Of a stretch of 64,000 nt of DNA, positions 52,831 through 64,000 are shown piece by piece. Origin of the DNA: Phoronis australis (taxonomy: Eukaryota > Animalia > Phoronida). How positions within the stretch are numbered: the first letter of the stretch is position 1; every line of letters starts with the position of its first letter. The stretch is taken from assembly GCA_002633005.1 (NCBI GenBank), contig NMRA01000519.1, positions 26,646 through 90,645 on the forward strand. The letters run 5' to 3'. The position numbers and the translations under genes were made by a program. The notes beneath the pieces were generated by a model, which saw only the letters and a list, made by a program, of their open reading frames with translations, ran no database searches and was not told where the DNA came from.

Positions 52831-55070
52831 AACTTACTGTACATTGAACGGTCACATACAGTTTGTTGCAACAATATCTTTTGCACATCTCCACGTGCAC
52901 ACCAGCAACATAAATAATCAAATATAATGAACGATAACTAAAGGCTTTTACCTTTATGTATAAATGCATTTATAGATATATAAATATAAGTATAGATATA
53001 CAATGTAGACATATAAAGTCATCAAGTATACATGAAGAAGGACACACTCAAATAATTGGTAAGTAAAATCAAAGCCCTAGGAAGCAAATGTTATTTTTAT
53101 GTAACGATAAGCAGCCCATTCGATTCTGCACATGTCATATTTTTGTGAAATTTAAATGTTACATGTAGTTGTGACAAAAGGCCGAGGAAGAGACAAATGA
53201 ACGATCGCATGGCTTACCTCGACATATGAATGATTTGACCTGTAGCAGTTAAGCCAAACATGATGCGCAAATGGTTTTCCCGTGGGTCAACGTCGCATGA
53301 TTGAAGTACGAGTGGCGTGTTATTCTGTGGGTCTTTACCGCCACCTAGCGGGTGAACACAGAGTCCTCCAGAGTGTCGGATGCGCCCAATTATCTCGAAT
53401 TTTGGCCAGGTTGCTGTAATGCAAAAATCAAAGAAATGAAACTGCCGCAAAAGATTGCATGAATGCGAGGGAACATAACCGTAGCTGAAGGAGATGAGGA
53501 CTGAGAATTTCAAAGGCAACAGAGAGAAGATTAGCCTCTAAAAACGAAATAGAAGAAATAATTGAAGAATGTGAACGAGAAACAGTGCAAACTGCATATC
53601 CGCGGAAAGAAAAAAAATCTACAACAGTTTCCAGATGTAATTTCTGAAACTCAAAGGAGGTACCGAGTATAAAGAAGGGTTTAGTGTTCCAAAGTTCATG
53701 TTTTGATGGTTCGACTAGTAGACATTATTAAATCATAAGTTTCTATCCAAAACCCATTGCCCTTCTCCCATTAATTGATAAAGAAAGACACTGGTGTGTA
53801 GAAATGAAACATTGTAAAAAGACATTCACTTCAAAGATGGGAAATTAATGCGTTTTATTTTTCTGAAGGACAACTAGCTTTAGAAGGAAGGATGACGACT
53901 CCCATACCCTGGTCCATAGCACCTCACTTTCATTTTCAATGGTTTAACACTGACAAAAACTTGATGCTTGTAAGTTTGAAAAGTTCAATCATGTGGTTTT
54001 TCATCAATAGACCCTATAAAACAATCAACGGGTATTACCGTAACAGTGGCCCACCAAAACCGTCAACAAAAGAGCAGCAGTAAGCTTCATCACGTCTGAA
54101 ATAGAAAAGATAATTTTTGACAAACGCCAAGAAATCACATTGTATATGTACTTCAAGAGATTAGTAAGGTAAGCTTAAACAAATGTTTTGAAGGGGCGAC
54201 ATTGATTGTGACCTTAATCGTTTTGTGCCGCTGTATGTCGTCACATTACTAAGTAGTTCCATACGCTCTGACAAACTTGTGTCGCAATACAACGCATTCA
54301 AGCTATCTTGGTTGATTAAGTTTTTTATTGCTGTTCATTACTGTAGGTGTCTGTTCTAGCCAGCTTGGGGCGTGGATCCTATTCCTACAGGTGGTTCTGT
54401 ACATGTTCAGGTAGCCATCGTGTACTTTAAGTTGATGGAGTTGGCTAAATGCCAATTTTGAGGCAGGGTGAAGGCTTTGCAGAAATTTAACAAATCTCGG
54501 TTGATTTGGACGTTCCAATTCAACCTTTTGTATCTGTCGGCGATTTTAATTTAGTGTTAACTCCAGTGCTCGGTACATGTGATTATCGTCATTTAAATAT
54601 CAACCAAACAAGAGCTGGAAATTTCCCACAGCTTTCCTCGTTTTCTAGCCTGGTGCGAGGTAAATAATACTTGTGTTTAATTCACTTGGCATTTTGGAGT
54701 CCACTTCTCGATTTTTGATAACTTTTGACAGTATACGGACTGAGATGTAAGAGTCCAGAATTGAAATTGGTTATGACCAGACCATATCAAGGTGTAACCG
54801 TTTTCCGAATTTGTTGTTCCACAAATAATATGTTTTATTAACATTCTTCCCTTGAATGATTTGTAATATGGAACTGTCTTGTAATCTAGCTATTTTTCAG
54901 AACTAATATTGATAATTTAATCAGTAGGTTTGCCCAAAGTGTGTGCTTATGTGTTACATTCATTGTGTATGAAAGTCATGGGTTCAAACTTCTATACATG
55001 TAGTTCCTCTGCGCGTGTTCCTGGCTTTTCTTCAATTTCATTCTTATTCTTATTCTTATTCTTATTCTTC

Positions 55071-56301
55071 TTATTACTCTGCGCGTGTAAGCGCACAGTA
55101 GTGTTTTTCCTGGGTTTTCTTCAATTTTCTTCTTCTTCTTCTTATTCTTCTTCCGACCAAATTTGAGGCTTAATAACTCCAAATTGGGTGTAGGTACGGT
55201 CTTTAAATTCAGCATATTACGTTTGACAATATATAAATTTTCATTGGTTATATAATCATATTCCATATTGCACCGGAAGAGGTCGTTTGGTGCAAATGTC
55301 TTATAATTTTCAAAATGCTACTCCTCCTTCAGTTTTAAAGCTATCTTTTTCAAATTCGATGCACAGGTATAAGTCAACATGACAATTTAAAAATTTACTT
55401 TTCTAAGTAATCAGGTCATCCAATCAAGTGAAATAGGTCAAAGGTTAATAGGTGCAAACTAAAATTTTGAGCTAGACACTTCAAATTGACAGGTCTGATT
55501 GCCACAGGCAAATCAAATCGGAATCCAAAGTTTCAGGTCATTTAGTGCAAACATGGGGTCATTAGGTGCATTATTCTTCTGGAAATTTGACTTTTTCAAT
55601 CAGCAAGTATTCTGATGTGTCAACCGTTAGACAACTGTGATTCTCAGCGTTAAACACATTTTCCATGGGCTTTGCAATAATTCTCCTAAATATGCTTAAA
55701 ATGCAACGGATAAGGTCAATTAGTGCAAAGGTCATGTAACGTTCAAAATGTCTTACGTTTTTCAAGGAATTCTTTTCAATTTCAGCACACTATTGTAAGT
55801 CAACATGTCAATTGAATACCCTACTTTACTTTGCAATAGACCTAACCAATCAGAAAAAATAGGTCAAAGGTAATTGAGTACAAACAAAATTTTGAGGTAG
55901 AGACTTCAGAATTACGTATCTGTTTACTAAGTGCGATTGAGTTTGAATTCTAAAATTTCAGGTCATGTGGTGCACCCATGGGGTCATTACGCGCATTTTT
56001 CTTCTGGAAGCATGACCACTTCATTCATCTTGTATTCTGAAGTGCTTAAAGTAAAACATCTGTGATTATTAGCATTAACCGCATTTTTAATCGAGATAAC
56101 AATTACCCCCTCATCGGGGCTCATAATGCACCGGGAGAGGTCAATTAGTGGAAAGGTCATCAAAAATTTAATAAGTAATTTCTCCAACAGTTTTAAAGAA
56201 ATCCTTTTCATAATGTTAAACGGGTTGCTGTCAGTAACTTCTCATAATAATTCTAGTAATACGCACGCGCAGAGTCCGTTATTGTCGCGCCGTGACAATA
56301 A
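55071..56301 (+). mobile_element. Helentron-associated non-autonomous element (HINE/DINE-1-like)
   Basis: 5' subTIR ACTCTGCGCGTG (55076-55087) with an adjacent inverted copy, a (TTC/TTA)n microsatellite, about 425-bp GGTCA-rich internal repeats, 3' subTIR CACGCGCAGAGT (56264-56275) and a terminal hairpin TTATTGTC...GACAATAA (56279-56301). Confidence 0.8.
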
Positions 56302-57684
56302 TCTTTCAAGTTTGACATTTACAATTACTTTGGGGGTAATAATTACCTGTTTTATTCCGGAGTCAATGCAATGCAAGGTTTCTGAAAATTTCTGAGATCA
56401 AATTGTAACATCCAATATGAGGTAGAAAAATCATGTGGTTTTGCTAGCCAATTGTTTTGTAAGTAAGCCCATTATCATAACTTGGGCAGTAGACTGTGGA
56501 CACAGTCAGAACTATGTATTTGAAGCCATAAGAATTGCTTCAGAGCACTGCAAAAATAATACAACAAAACCATCTCGAGGAAGATTCAAAACAAGTTCAT
56601 GCCAATGGAAAATGTTATCGGACAGCTGATGCGAGCCACTTGCATCGTGGCATGCTTATTGCTTACACGTGTTGCTTCGCGAAAGACTGCGACCAACAAG
56701 ACGGATTGTGGGTTGTCAAATACTGCTGAAAAGTGTCGGTACGTCACGATGGAATGAGACCAGCGTAGAATACTGTTTGTAGGGCAATACTACGAACTTG
56801 TGTTGCTTCACGAATTGTAGAAGTGCAGAGTGTGTGACAGCGAGAATCACCTACAGCGGATAAAGGATAAAGCAGTTGGTTGTTTATAGGTCATTGATTG
56901 AAGTTAACCCTACAGAGGGCGCCAGAGTAATATTCTTCATGATTGTCATTGAAATTTATTAACAAAAAATCATATGCATTAATTTGTGATTATTGAATAA
57001 TAAAATAGTTACTGTGTTTAATCGTTTGATCTCCGTCCATCCATAACCACACACCATACATGTAGCTACTTTTTAAACTAAACCTACAGAGAACTTCTGA
57101 CAGTTGTTTAGTCTGTCAATTGCTATGCTTCCATGATAAGGATGTTGTAATATGCAACATTTCCAATACTGTGTTGAAATATGTGTAAGTCGAGTATTTA
57201 GTTTTTAGAAACACTTGTGTTGGACATTCGTGGTGAAACAAAATCTTTTATCTGTTTTTTTGTTTTGAAAAAGCAGGCAAACCACTCTGAGCTTCTGCTT
57301 TTGCACAAAAATTGATTAACTAGAAAGGAAAATAAAAAAATCAATGCTAGTTTTGTCGCCGAGGAGCTCCTCAGTTGATCGAGGAAAAAACAACTTTACG
57401 GCTATGTGATTAGGTCCAAACCAAGACGAATCGAGGAGGGAGACGTGCCTCAAGACACGTTTACATTTTATAAAACACATGTTTTACAAGCAAACACACG
57501 CCTTTCTTATGGAAGCTTGACCATACAATAGATAATGAGCATGAGACTTGTCTAATGATGTCACTTTACAAAATCTCGTAGAAAAAACAATATGCCCGAG
57601 CCTGGGTGATGGAAATGAAAGGAGGACAGCTTCTGACTCATCAGAAATTTACCAATCCTTTTAAAAATTAAAAGTTAAGTCCTG

Positions 57685-58079
57685 AGCCCGGTCTCTTTTT
57701 ACTCGAAATGGAACTCGAAATTAGGTTTGGCATTTTCTGCTCTAGTTTTGGGCAAACTCAAGATAAAAGTCTATTATTCTATGCTCGAGTACACATTAAC
57801 TTACGTGATAATTTATTGCCCTTAGTTCACAGTTTGTAAACCCAAAATTAAAGCAATAAGTTCGAGTTTGAACTCGAAATTTCGAGTTTTTACTCAAGCT
57901 TGTAGCACGAATATAAGGGTCTTCAAGGGCAAACTTGAAGTAGAAACTCCTATGCATAAACTGTAATGTATTCGAGCACAGTCTGATAACCAAGTATCTT
58001 ATGTTCGCACAAACGGAGCAAAGAAATTGCCAGAAATAGTTTCGAGTTCGTTTCGAATACAAAGATTAGAGACCGGGCC
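57685..58079. mobile_element. Harbinger-type MITE (395 bp) with CTG TSD
   Basis: Imperfect TIR (A/G)GCCCGGTCTCT...AGAGACCGGGCC extending about 55 bp; CTG at 57682-57684 and 58080-58082. Confidence 0.75.
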
Positions 58080-58148
58080 CTGGTTTCGATGGGTTTACCA
58101 TGATTGAACTCTGTTTAATTCTGTTGGCGACAAAGGCAAGTCAGTACT

Positions 58149-60006
58149 TGTTGTGTATTGGCAATGCTACTTGTGGTTTTCCTTACAATATAGTCGCGTT
58201 TCAACATTCAAAACGTTTGTTAACATCCAAGATTTGCTTGTTCATTATCAATCGGAATATCCTTTATTGTTGAGCTGCGATGCTTCACCCTACGGTGTTG
58301 GCGCGGTATTATCACACGTCTTGGAAGTCAGTTCTGAAAGACCAATAGCGTTTGCTTCTCGGACATTAGCGCCAGCTGAGAAGAATTATGCACAGAGTGA
58401 TCGCGAAGCATTGGCTATCATCTTTGGGGTGAAACACTTCCACAGTTATTTGTATGGACGTAATTTCACAATAGTAACGGACCATTTGCCTCTTTTAGGG
58501 ATTTTACGTGAGGGCACCGCCATACCGGCTATGTGTAGCTCACGTATGAAACGATGGGCCCTAATGTTGTCAGGTTATAACTACGTTTTACGACACAAGT
58601 CTGGACAGTCTAACGGCAACGCCGACGCNNNNNNNNNNNNNNNNNNNNNNNNNNNNNNNNNNNNNNNNNNNNNNNNNNNNNNNNNNNNNNNNNNNNNNNN
58701 NNNNNNNNNNNNNNNNNNNNNNNNNNNNNNNNNNNNNNNNNNNNNNNNNNNNNNNNNNNNNNNNNNNNNNNNNNNNNNNNNNNNNNNNNNNNNNNNNNNN
58801 NNNNNNNNNNNNNNNNNNNNNNNNNNNNNNNNNNNNNNNNNNNNNNNNNNNNNNNNNNNNNNNNNNNNNNNNNNNNNNNNNNNNNNNNNNNNNNNNNNNN
58901 NNNNNNNNNNNNNNNNNNNNNNNNNNNNNNNNNNNNNNNNNNNNNNNNNNNNNNNNNNNNNNNNNNNNNNNNNNNNNNNNNNNNNNNNNNNNNNNNNNNN
59001 NNNNNNNNNNNNNNNNNNNNNNNNNNNNNNNNNNNNNNNNNNNNNNNNNNNNNNNNNNNNNNNNNNNNNNNNNNNNNNNNNNNNNNNNNNNNNNNNNNNN
59101 NNNNNNNNNNNNNNNNNNNNNNNNNNNNNNNNNNNNNNNNNNNNNNNNNNNNNNNNNNNNNNNNNNNNNNNNNNNNNNNNNNNNNNNNNNNNNNNNNNNN
59201 NNNNNNNNNNNNNNNNNNNNNNNNNNNNGCCGGAGATACGGTACTTGTGAGAAACTTCGCCGGCTCACCTACCTGGGTCCCTGGTATGATCATAGAACAA
59301 CGAGGACCCGTGTCATTCTCGGTGGAGTTGCCCGATAAACGGATTTGGAGGCGTCACGTAGACCACATAGTACGACGCACACCGGAAGACAACCCATCTT
59401 CAACCACGTTTGGCCCACCGCCAAGTAACTTACCGCCGCCACAAGCCTTCGTACCGCCAACTCCGTTGACGGAACAACCTTCTACGCCTGTGGTCGATCA
59501 TACACATCCCACTGCGGATTCGAACGCCACTACCGTACGATTACCCGTAGAAAATCCACCAACGGATTCGTCGGTAGTTGTGACACGTTCCGGAAGGAGG
59601 TCAATCCAACCAGACAGGCTGAACTTTTAATTACTACTTATTATAACTAGCTCCAGTCATCAGTAGGATCACCTTACAGCAAACAGCAGTGTAATACATC
59701 GTTTTAGTTATGACTGGACACTTAGTATCGTTTTACAAGCAAGACTGCTGACAGTGTGTTACATGAATGTTTGTGTTTAGTTTGAAGTGTTCCTCCATGT
59801 TTATTTACGTTTGCTGTAGTTAGCTAAGGGTAGAGGGATGTTGTGTATTGGCAATGCTACTTGTGGTTTTCCTTAGAATATAGTCACGTGGTATTTATGC
59901 CCACAAGCCACGTGCTCATCCCCTTCTTGTATTAGTTCTCCAAGCGAATAGACGTATTATAATTTACTCTCATCTGTGTTGTTTTACTGGTTCTACGAAC
60001 ACAACA
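58149..60006 (+). mobile_element. Internally deleted Ty3/Gypsy (Mag-like) LTR retrotransposon
   Basis: 5-bp TSD GTACT (58144-58148, 60007-60011). 3' LTR 59839-60006 (168 bp, TGTTGTGT...ACACAACA) follows the PPT aagggtagaggga. Only about 51 bp of the 5' LTR remain. RNase H (CDASPYGVGAVL...ERPIAFASRTL...EKNYAQ...DH) and the integrase C-terminus (WVPG...GPVSF...WRRHVD) are present. Confidence 0.93.
58629..59228. other. Assembly gap (600 N)
   Basis: N run inside the Gypsy pol region. Confidence 0.99.
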
Positions 60007-62379
60007 GTACTTCAATTTATTACACAGTTATTTGCCATCTTCCATACCCAATATTAAAGATAAATTGGCGTTTTAAAAAAACTGACATCCAAGCTCTCCT
60101 CTCATTGTCACTCACAACATAGCGTCAACAGTAATTGCAGAAAGCATAAAGACTGTGTTAGGCATTTTTTCATAAAGATCAGACCGCATACATTTCAAGA
60201 AATCATAAGGCTGACAACATTCGCGTGACATACGATCTTTTCATTACTTCCTGAGGACTGAAATAGCTCGGTATTACTGTACTTTTTGTAGATCTTGAGA
60301 AGGCTTTTGATTCGTTGTGGTGTTGGTGTTTTATTGAAAGAAATCAGTAGCTTTTTAATTTTGGGAGCCAATTAAGAGGTGTAGGTAGGTTTCCTATGAA
60401 AATATCGAATCTTGTGTTATTTTAAATGGCCAACCTTCTCACTGTTTTTATACGGACAGAGGAGATGGATAAGGTGACCCATTACATACCTACATACATG
60501 TATCTGTTAAATGGCCAGAAATGTAGGTTGATGTGATCAGAAACAGCAGAATTACACTTGGAATTGAAGTCAAGGATCGTGAGTTTTTTCTTAAAACAGT
60601 AGAAATAAAAGCTATCAAGCATTAAAACAAGTTTCATTTTCCTGGAAAACAATTAACAAGTCAGTTTTTTCCATTTGTGTAGAAACATATCTTTTTCTAT
60701 ACGGTAAATCACAATTAGTTAGCAAGGTGGATACATGTAGATAGTGAAAAAAATATGAAAACAAGCACCAACTCTTTGAAACGTGTTGTGTTGTTTATGT
60801 ACGGTAGCCTCTTATTAAAGGGAGTTTGGGTTTAAAATATTCAGGTTAGTTTCACTGATTCTACTTTTGAAATTTTCCTATAATTTTGGAACGTTGCGTT
60901 ATTAAATCCAGTTCGATTGTTCGCGAGTTCCAGCTCATTGATTTTTAAAACTTTATATAGCAAAATTGATTTTCTGTAAATTAAAGAGCTTATTCAATCT
61001 GTTTTTGAAAATCAAACTGCTCAAATATGGCGTTCTTTTCAATCTCAGTTGCGAATTTTGTGAGAGTGCTTCCGCTATTTATAGGGTTTGTATACAATGG
61101 CGCTGTCATGCATGGATTTTTATTACATGGTGGTACCTTAAAGTAGTTGCATTATAGAAGACTGGAGAAGTGCTCTGTTTCGAAACTCCCATGGTTAATT
61201 TGATATAGCTTGGAAGAGTATGCAGGGAAAATTCAGGGTTTATAAAAGGGGGGCCTTGGGGTTATTGCTGTCTTGTGCAAAGATTGTTTTCGAAGACAAA
61301 ATTTGAGATGAATGCAGTGATATGTATGTATTGTGTTACCGTGCAAAAATGATTAAAATTAACTTACATTTACCAAGCCCGTGGCCAGCACTGAGCGGGG
61401 GTGGTTTGTATTTCTAGAATGGTGCACCTTTTATATTTTACAAACATGGACACTATAGAGTTTTCGGTAAGGGTTTTGTCGCAGCTTGATTATGCGAGGG
61501 GATATGTGTACATAACGATGACTCTCAGCTCTATGTTATAGACGAGACAGATTTTGTAATACCAGAAATGAGGATGCTGTGAAGGTTACTAGAAAAGAAC
61601 GGGAGACAAATTCAGATGTATTGCGCTCCAGAAAGAGAACGTTCTCGGATTACCTCCTACCAAAACTTCAAATCAGCCACGCTTAAATGCATTACGGCGT
61701 TCTCCCGTTTCTAAGAACTTGTTCGATTCTATAGTCTAACAACAAATTGGGAAGATGACCCTGTAATCAATATCTTACACGAGTGATTAACACCATTCTG
61801 GCATTTATGGTTGGAGGGTCAACTCTCTTTCGTTCGTATATCTACCCTGCTGCTAAAATAAAAGTTAGAATATATTTTAACATAAACTAAAAGCATTTCT
61901 GAAATCCTCGTCAAATAGTGATCATGTTTAGTTTTTGAATTTCCAAAACTACCCAACTGCAACCGAAGTTACGGCAATACATTATTTCCGAATGTAGCCT
62001 ACTAATTCGCTCTGGGTTTTGTGTTCACACGTGATCTGTAATAAGCTTAGTAGATTATTGGCCGGCCTAATATCACACCAGACAAATGACTGTGCTTGGC
62101 AGTTAACAGAGAAGCTAGATGTTATCACACGCTCACAACCCTCTACGTCTGGTAAATTTACTTATCGGAAAAACGCCGTTATGGAGTGATTATACTCATT
62201 ACACACACGGAAGGAAATATAAAATATTTAAAAGGCGAATGACTTGACGAAATTATTTATCCGGTTGTAATTTGCGTGTTATCTAAGTTGCTTACATCGC
62301 TGGAAATGGGAACAGCCCGCTATTTCGAAGGTTCACTGCTTACTAAAAACGGTGGTCAGATTTCGGGTGCATGTGTCTG

Positions 62380-63200
62380 CATGCGAAATTGCCCGCATGT
62401 CGTAAAATGAGTACACACGTGCATTTTTAGAAAGATATGAATTCGGAATAATGATGAATTATCAACCACGACGTATTCATTAAATCCATGCCAAGATCGC
62501 AACGCAACGCGACTGAAGAGTTTAGGGTTCCTGAGCCACAACCTCACCCAAGGAACCTCGTACACGGCGGTTAGAAACGAAAAGTGATTAGTAGACCACT
62601 TTACTTGTTCCATATTTGCGAGTTACATCAATGGCGGTTCATTACTTCGAAGGTTCACTACTCCGAAAATATCTAAAATTTCGAACACTGGTATGATTGT
62701 TATGCTTTTGCACGCAACGGAAATAAACAATACTTCGGTAATTAGATGCGCTGAGTGGTGTACATGTACCTATCCCGAAAACAACGCACGGGTACAACTG
62801 ATTTCATGCACATACAAAATTGCCCGCATGTCGTACAAATACGGAAAAATGAGTACGTTCTTGCATTTTTAAAATCAGTATAGTTCGGTAGCAGCCCTTC
62901 GTTAACACAAACTTCGTTGAAAACACGACTAAACTTTTTCGTTGGAAAGCATGATACAGAGTCGCTAGTACATATAGCGTCAAAACGGTCTCCTGTCTTC
63001 AGGTGTGCAGATATATAGCAAAACATTGAGATACGTAACAAACAAACAAAGTAAAGCACTAGCTATGATTCGAAAGTGCCTGTCTCATCATCAGGCAATA
63101 AGTGGAATGAACATATAGGAAGCAAAATAAACAGTGAAATACACGTAACAGCAGGTAGAGGGCATACGGGAGTTGCAGGGAGTGTGAATGTATCACACGG
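62380..63200 (-). mobile_element. Penelope-like relics (duplicated ORF N-terminal fragment, hammerhead-like core at 63061-63098)
   Basis: VFNEVCVNEGLLPNYTDF; 62387-62480 repeats 62818-62920; homology to 33065-33150. Confidence 0.5.
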
Positions 63201-64000
63201 TAAGAAACCCACAAGCCTATCGAAACAGAGCCAACATGCGACACACACCTGTGAACTGCTCATTCACCATAGGTTTTGTCGTGACTGATCAATCGCAATT
63301 CCAAAATCTTTAGCCAAAATGTGACATTGTTTCGTAACTAATCATTAGCGATTCCAAGTGGACTTTTAGAGCAGTGAAACTGCGGAATAATGACATGTAA
63401 ATTTGGAAATCTTTACCATCAATTTCGTCTTGCGTATGAAGTCTGCGAGGCGGCGTACAGCCGACACTGATTAACAAGAAGTAATACTTTCTTCGGCGAA
63501 TTTCTAGTACGGTGGACCTTTGATGTTTTGCAAGCGTCGACGATGTAGGGTTTTTGGTAAGGCCCTTGACGCAACTTAAGTAGGGGGGAGGAAAATATAT
63601 ATACACAACGACGACTCTCAGCTCCTAAGTTCCCAAAATCAGACGGAATTCAGTTCGAAATCCCCTACCTCATATAATTAACACATTTCCTGAAATTGTC
63701 TCCCAAAAACGTTTTACCCATTCGTAATCCTCTGTTATAAATTATTTTAAGAATGTTTGTTTTGAAAAATTATGAACTTGAGTGCACTATTCCCAACTGC
63801 TTCGTGTGTAACTATTTTCGATAATCTATCCCAGTCTTTACACAAGTAGTTTTAAAGTACATTATCACCTAATTTTTATAGTTCTGATCATCTGTAACGC
63901 TGTATTTTTTCTTTCTTATTCTCTGGTGGCTCCGTGGCTAGCGGACCTCTCGGGTCATTCACACAGAGTCTCCATAAGCGTAAATCTGTATCAACTTTAT

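Larger units (their letters stand above)
57070..60600 (+). mobile_element. Old L1/Tx1-clade LINE relic, interrupted by a MITE and a Gypsy element
   Basis: Collinear decayed motifs: FLETLVLDIRGET (about 57200), GYVIRSKPRRIEEGD (about 57400), KSPGFDGFT rebuilt across the MITE, KN*HP...IAESIKTVL, DQTAYI...DNIR, VDLEKAFDSL, FNFG, NG...RG..*GDPL (60060-60490). Boundaries are approximate. Confidence 0.75.

Noticed and set aside
54330-54960. Possible decayed LINE 3' region on minus (SKLAFSQLHQLKVHDG)
   Set aside because: Similarity to the RTEX tail is too faint to support a feature.
58588-59293. Long ORFs of 226-365 aa in the ORF track
   Set aside because: Their length comes from the 600-N gap; only the flanking Gypsy pol pieces are real.
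61495-61545. NDDSQLYV resembling the L2/CR1 YADD motif, echoed near 63600
   Set aside because: No other RT motifs are in register.
63925-63975. GGCTCCGTGGCTAGCGG resembling a tRNA/SINE A-box
   Set aside because: No B-box or cloverleaf is visible.
1-64000. CRISPR arrays, rRNA, tRNA or prokaryotic operons
   Set aside because: None seen; spliceosomal introns and metazoan TEs show this is eukaryotic DNA, and the repeats are not repeat-spacer arrays.

Overview
AT-rich animal genomic DNA, probably a marine invertebrate; the taxon cannot be fixed from sequence alone. Two intact spliced genes lie head-to-head. An 11-coding-exon flotillin-1 is on the minus strand (40086 to 20062, 444 aa). An 8-exon SLC1/EAAT-family transporter is on the plus strand (about 40889 to 51105, about 499 aa). 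The transporter keeps the Na+/H+ coupling residues but has lost the TM8 residues that bind the alpha-amino group and the side-chain carboxylate (GltPh-equivalent D394G, R397Q, T398A), so it is unlikely to carry glutamate and its substrate is unknown. The last two flotillin exons plus 3' flank are tandemly duplicated about 6 kb downstream. The rest is a mosaic of mobile DNA: an RTEX-like LINE with a 56-bp target duplication, a LOA-like RNase H fragment, Harbinger MITEs, mini-elements with 5-bp target duplications, Helentron-type (HINE) elements including a circularly permuted copy, Penelope relics with decayed hammerhead motifs, and a Tx1/L1 relic carrying a nested MITE and a Mag-type Gypsy element. 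Paralog and ORF comparisons inside the window show that TACATGTA/TACAGTGTA motifs are insertions at TA sites shaped like Tc1/mariner excision footprints. All calls were made by hand; no database search was run.
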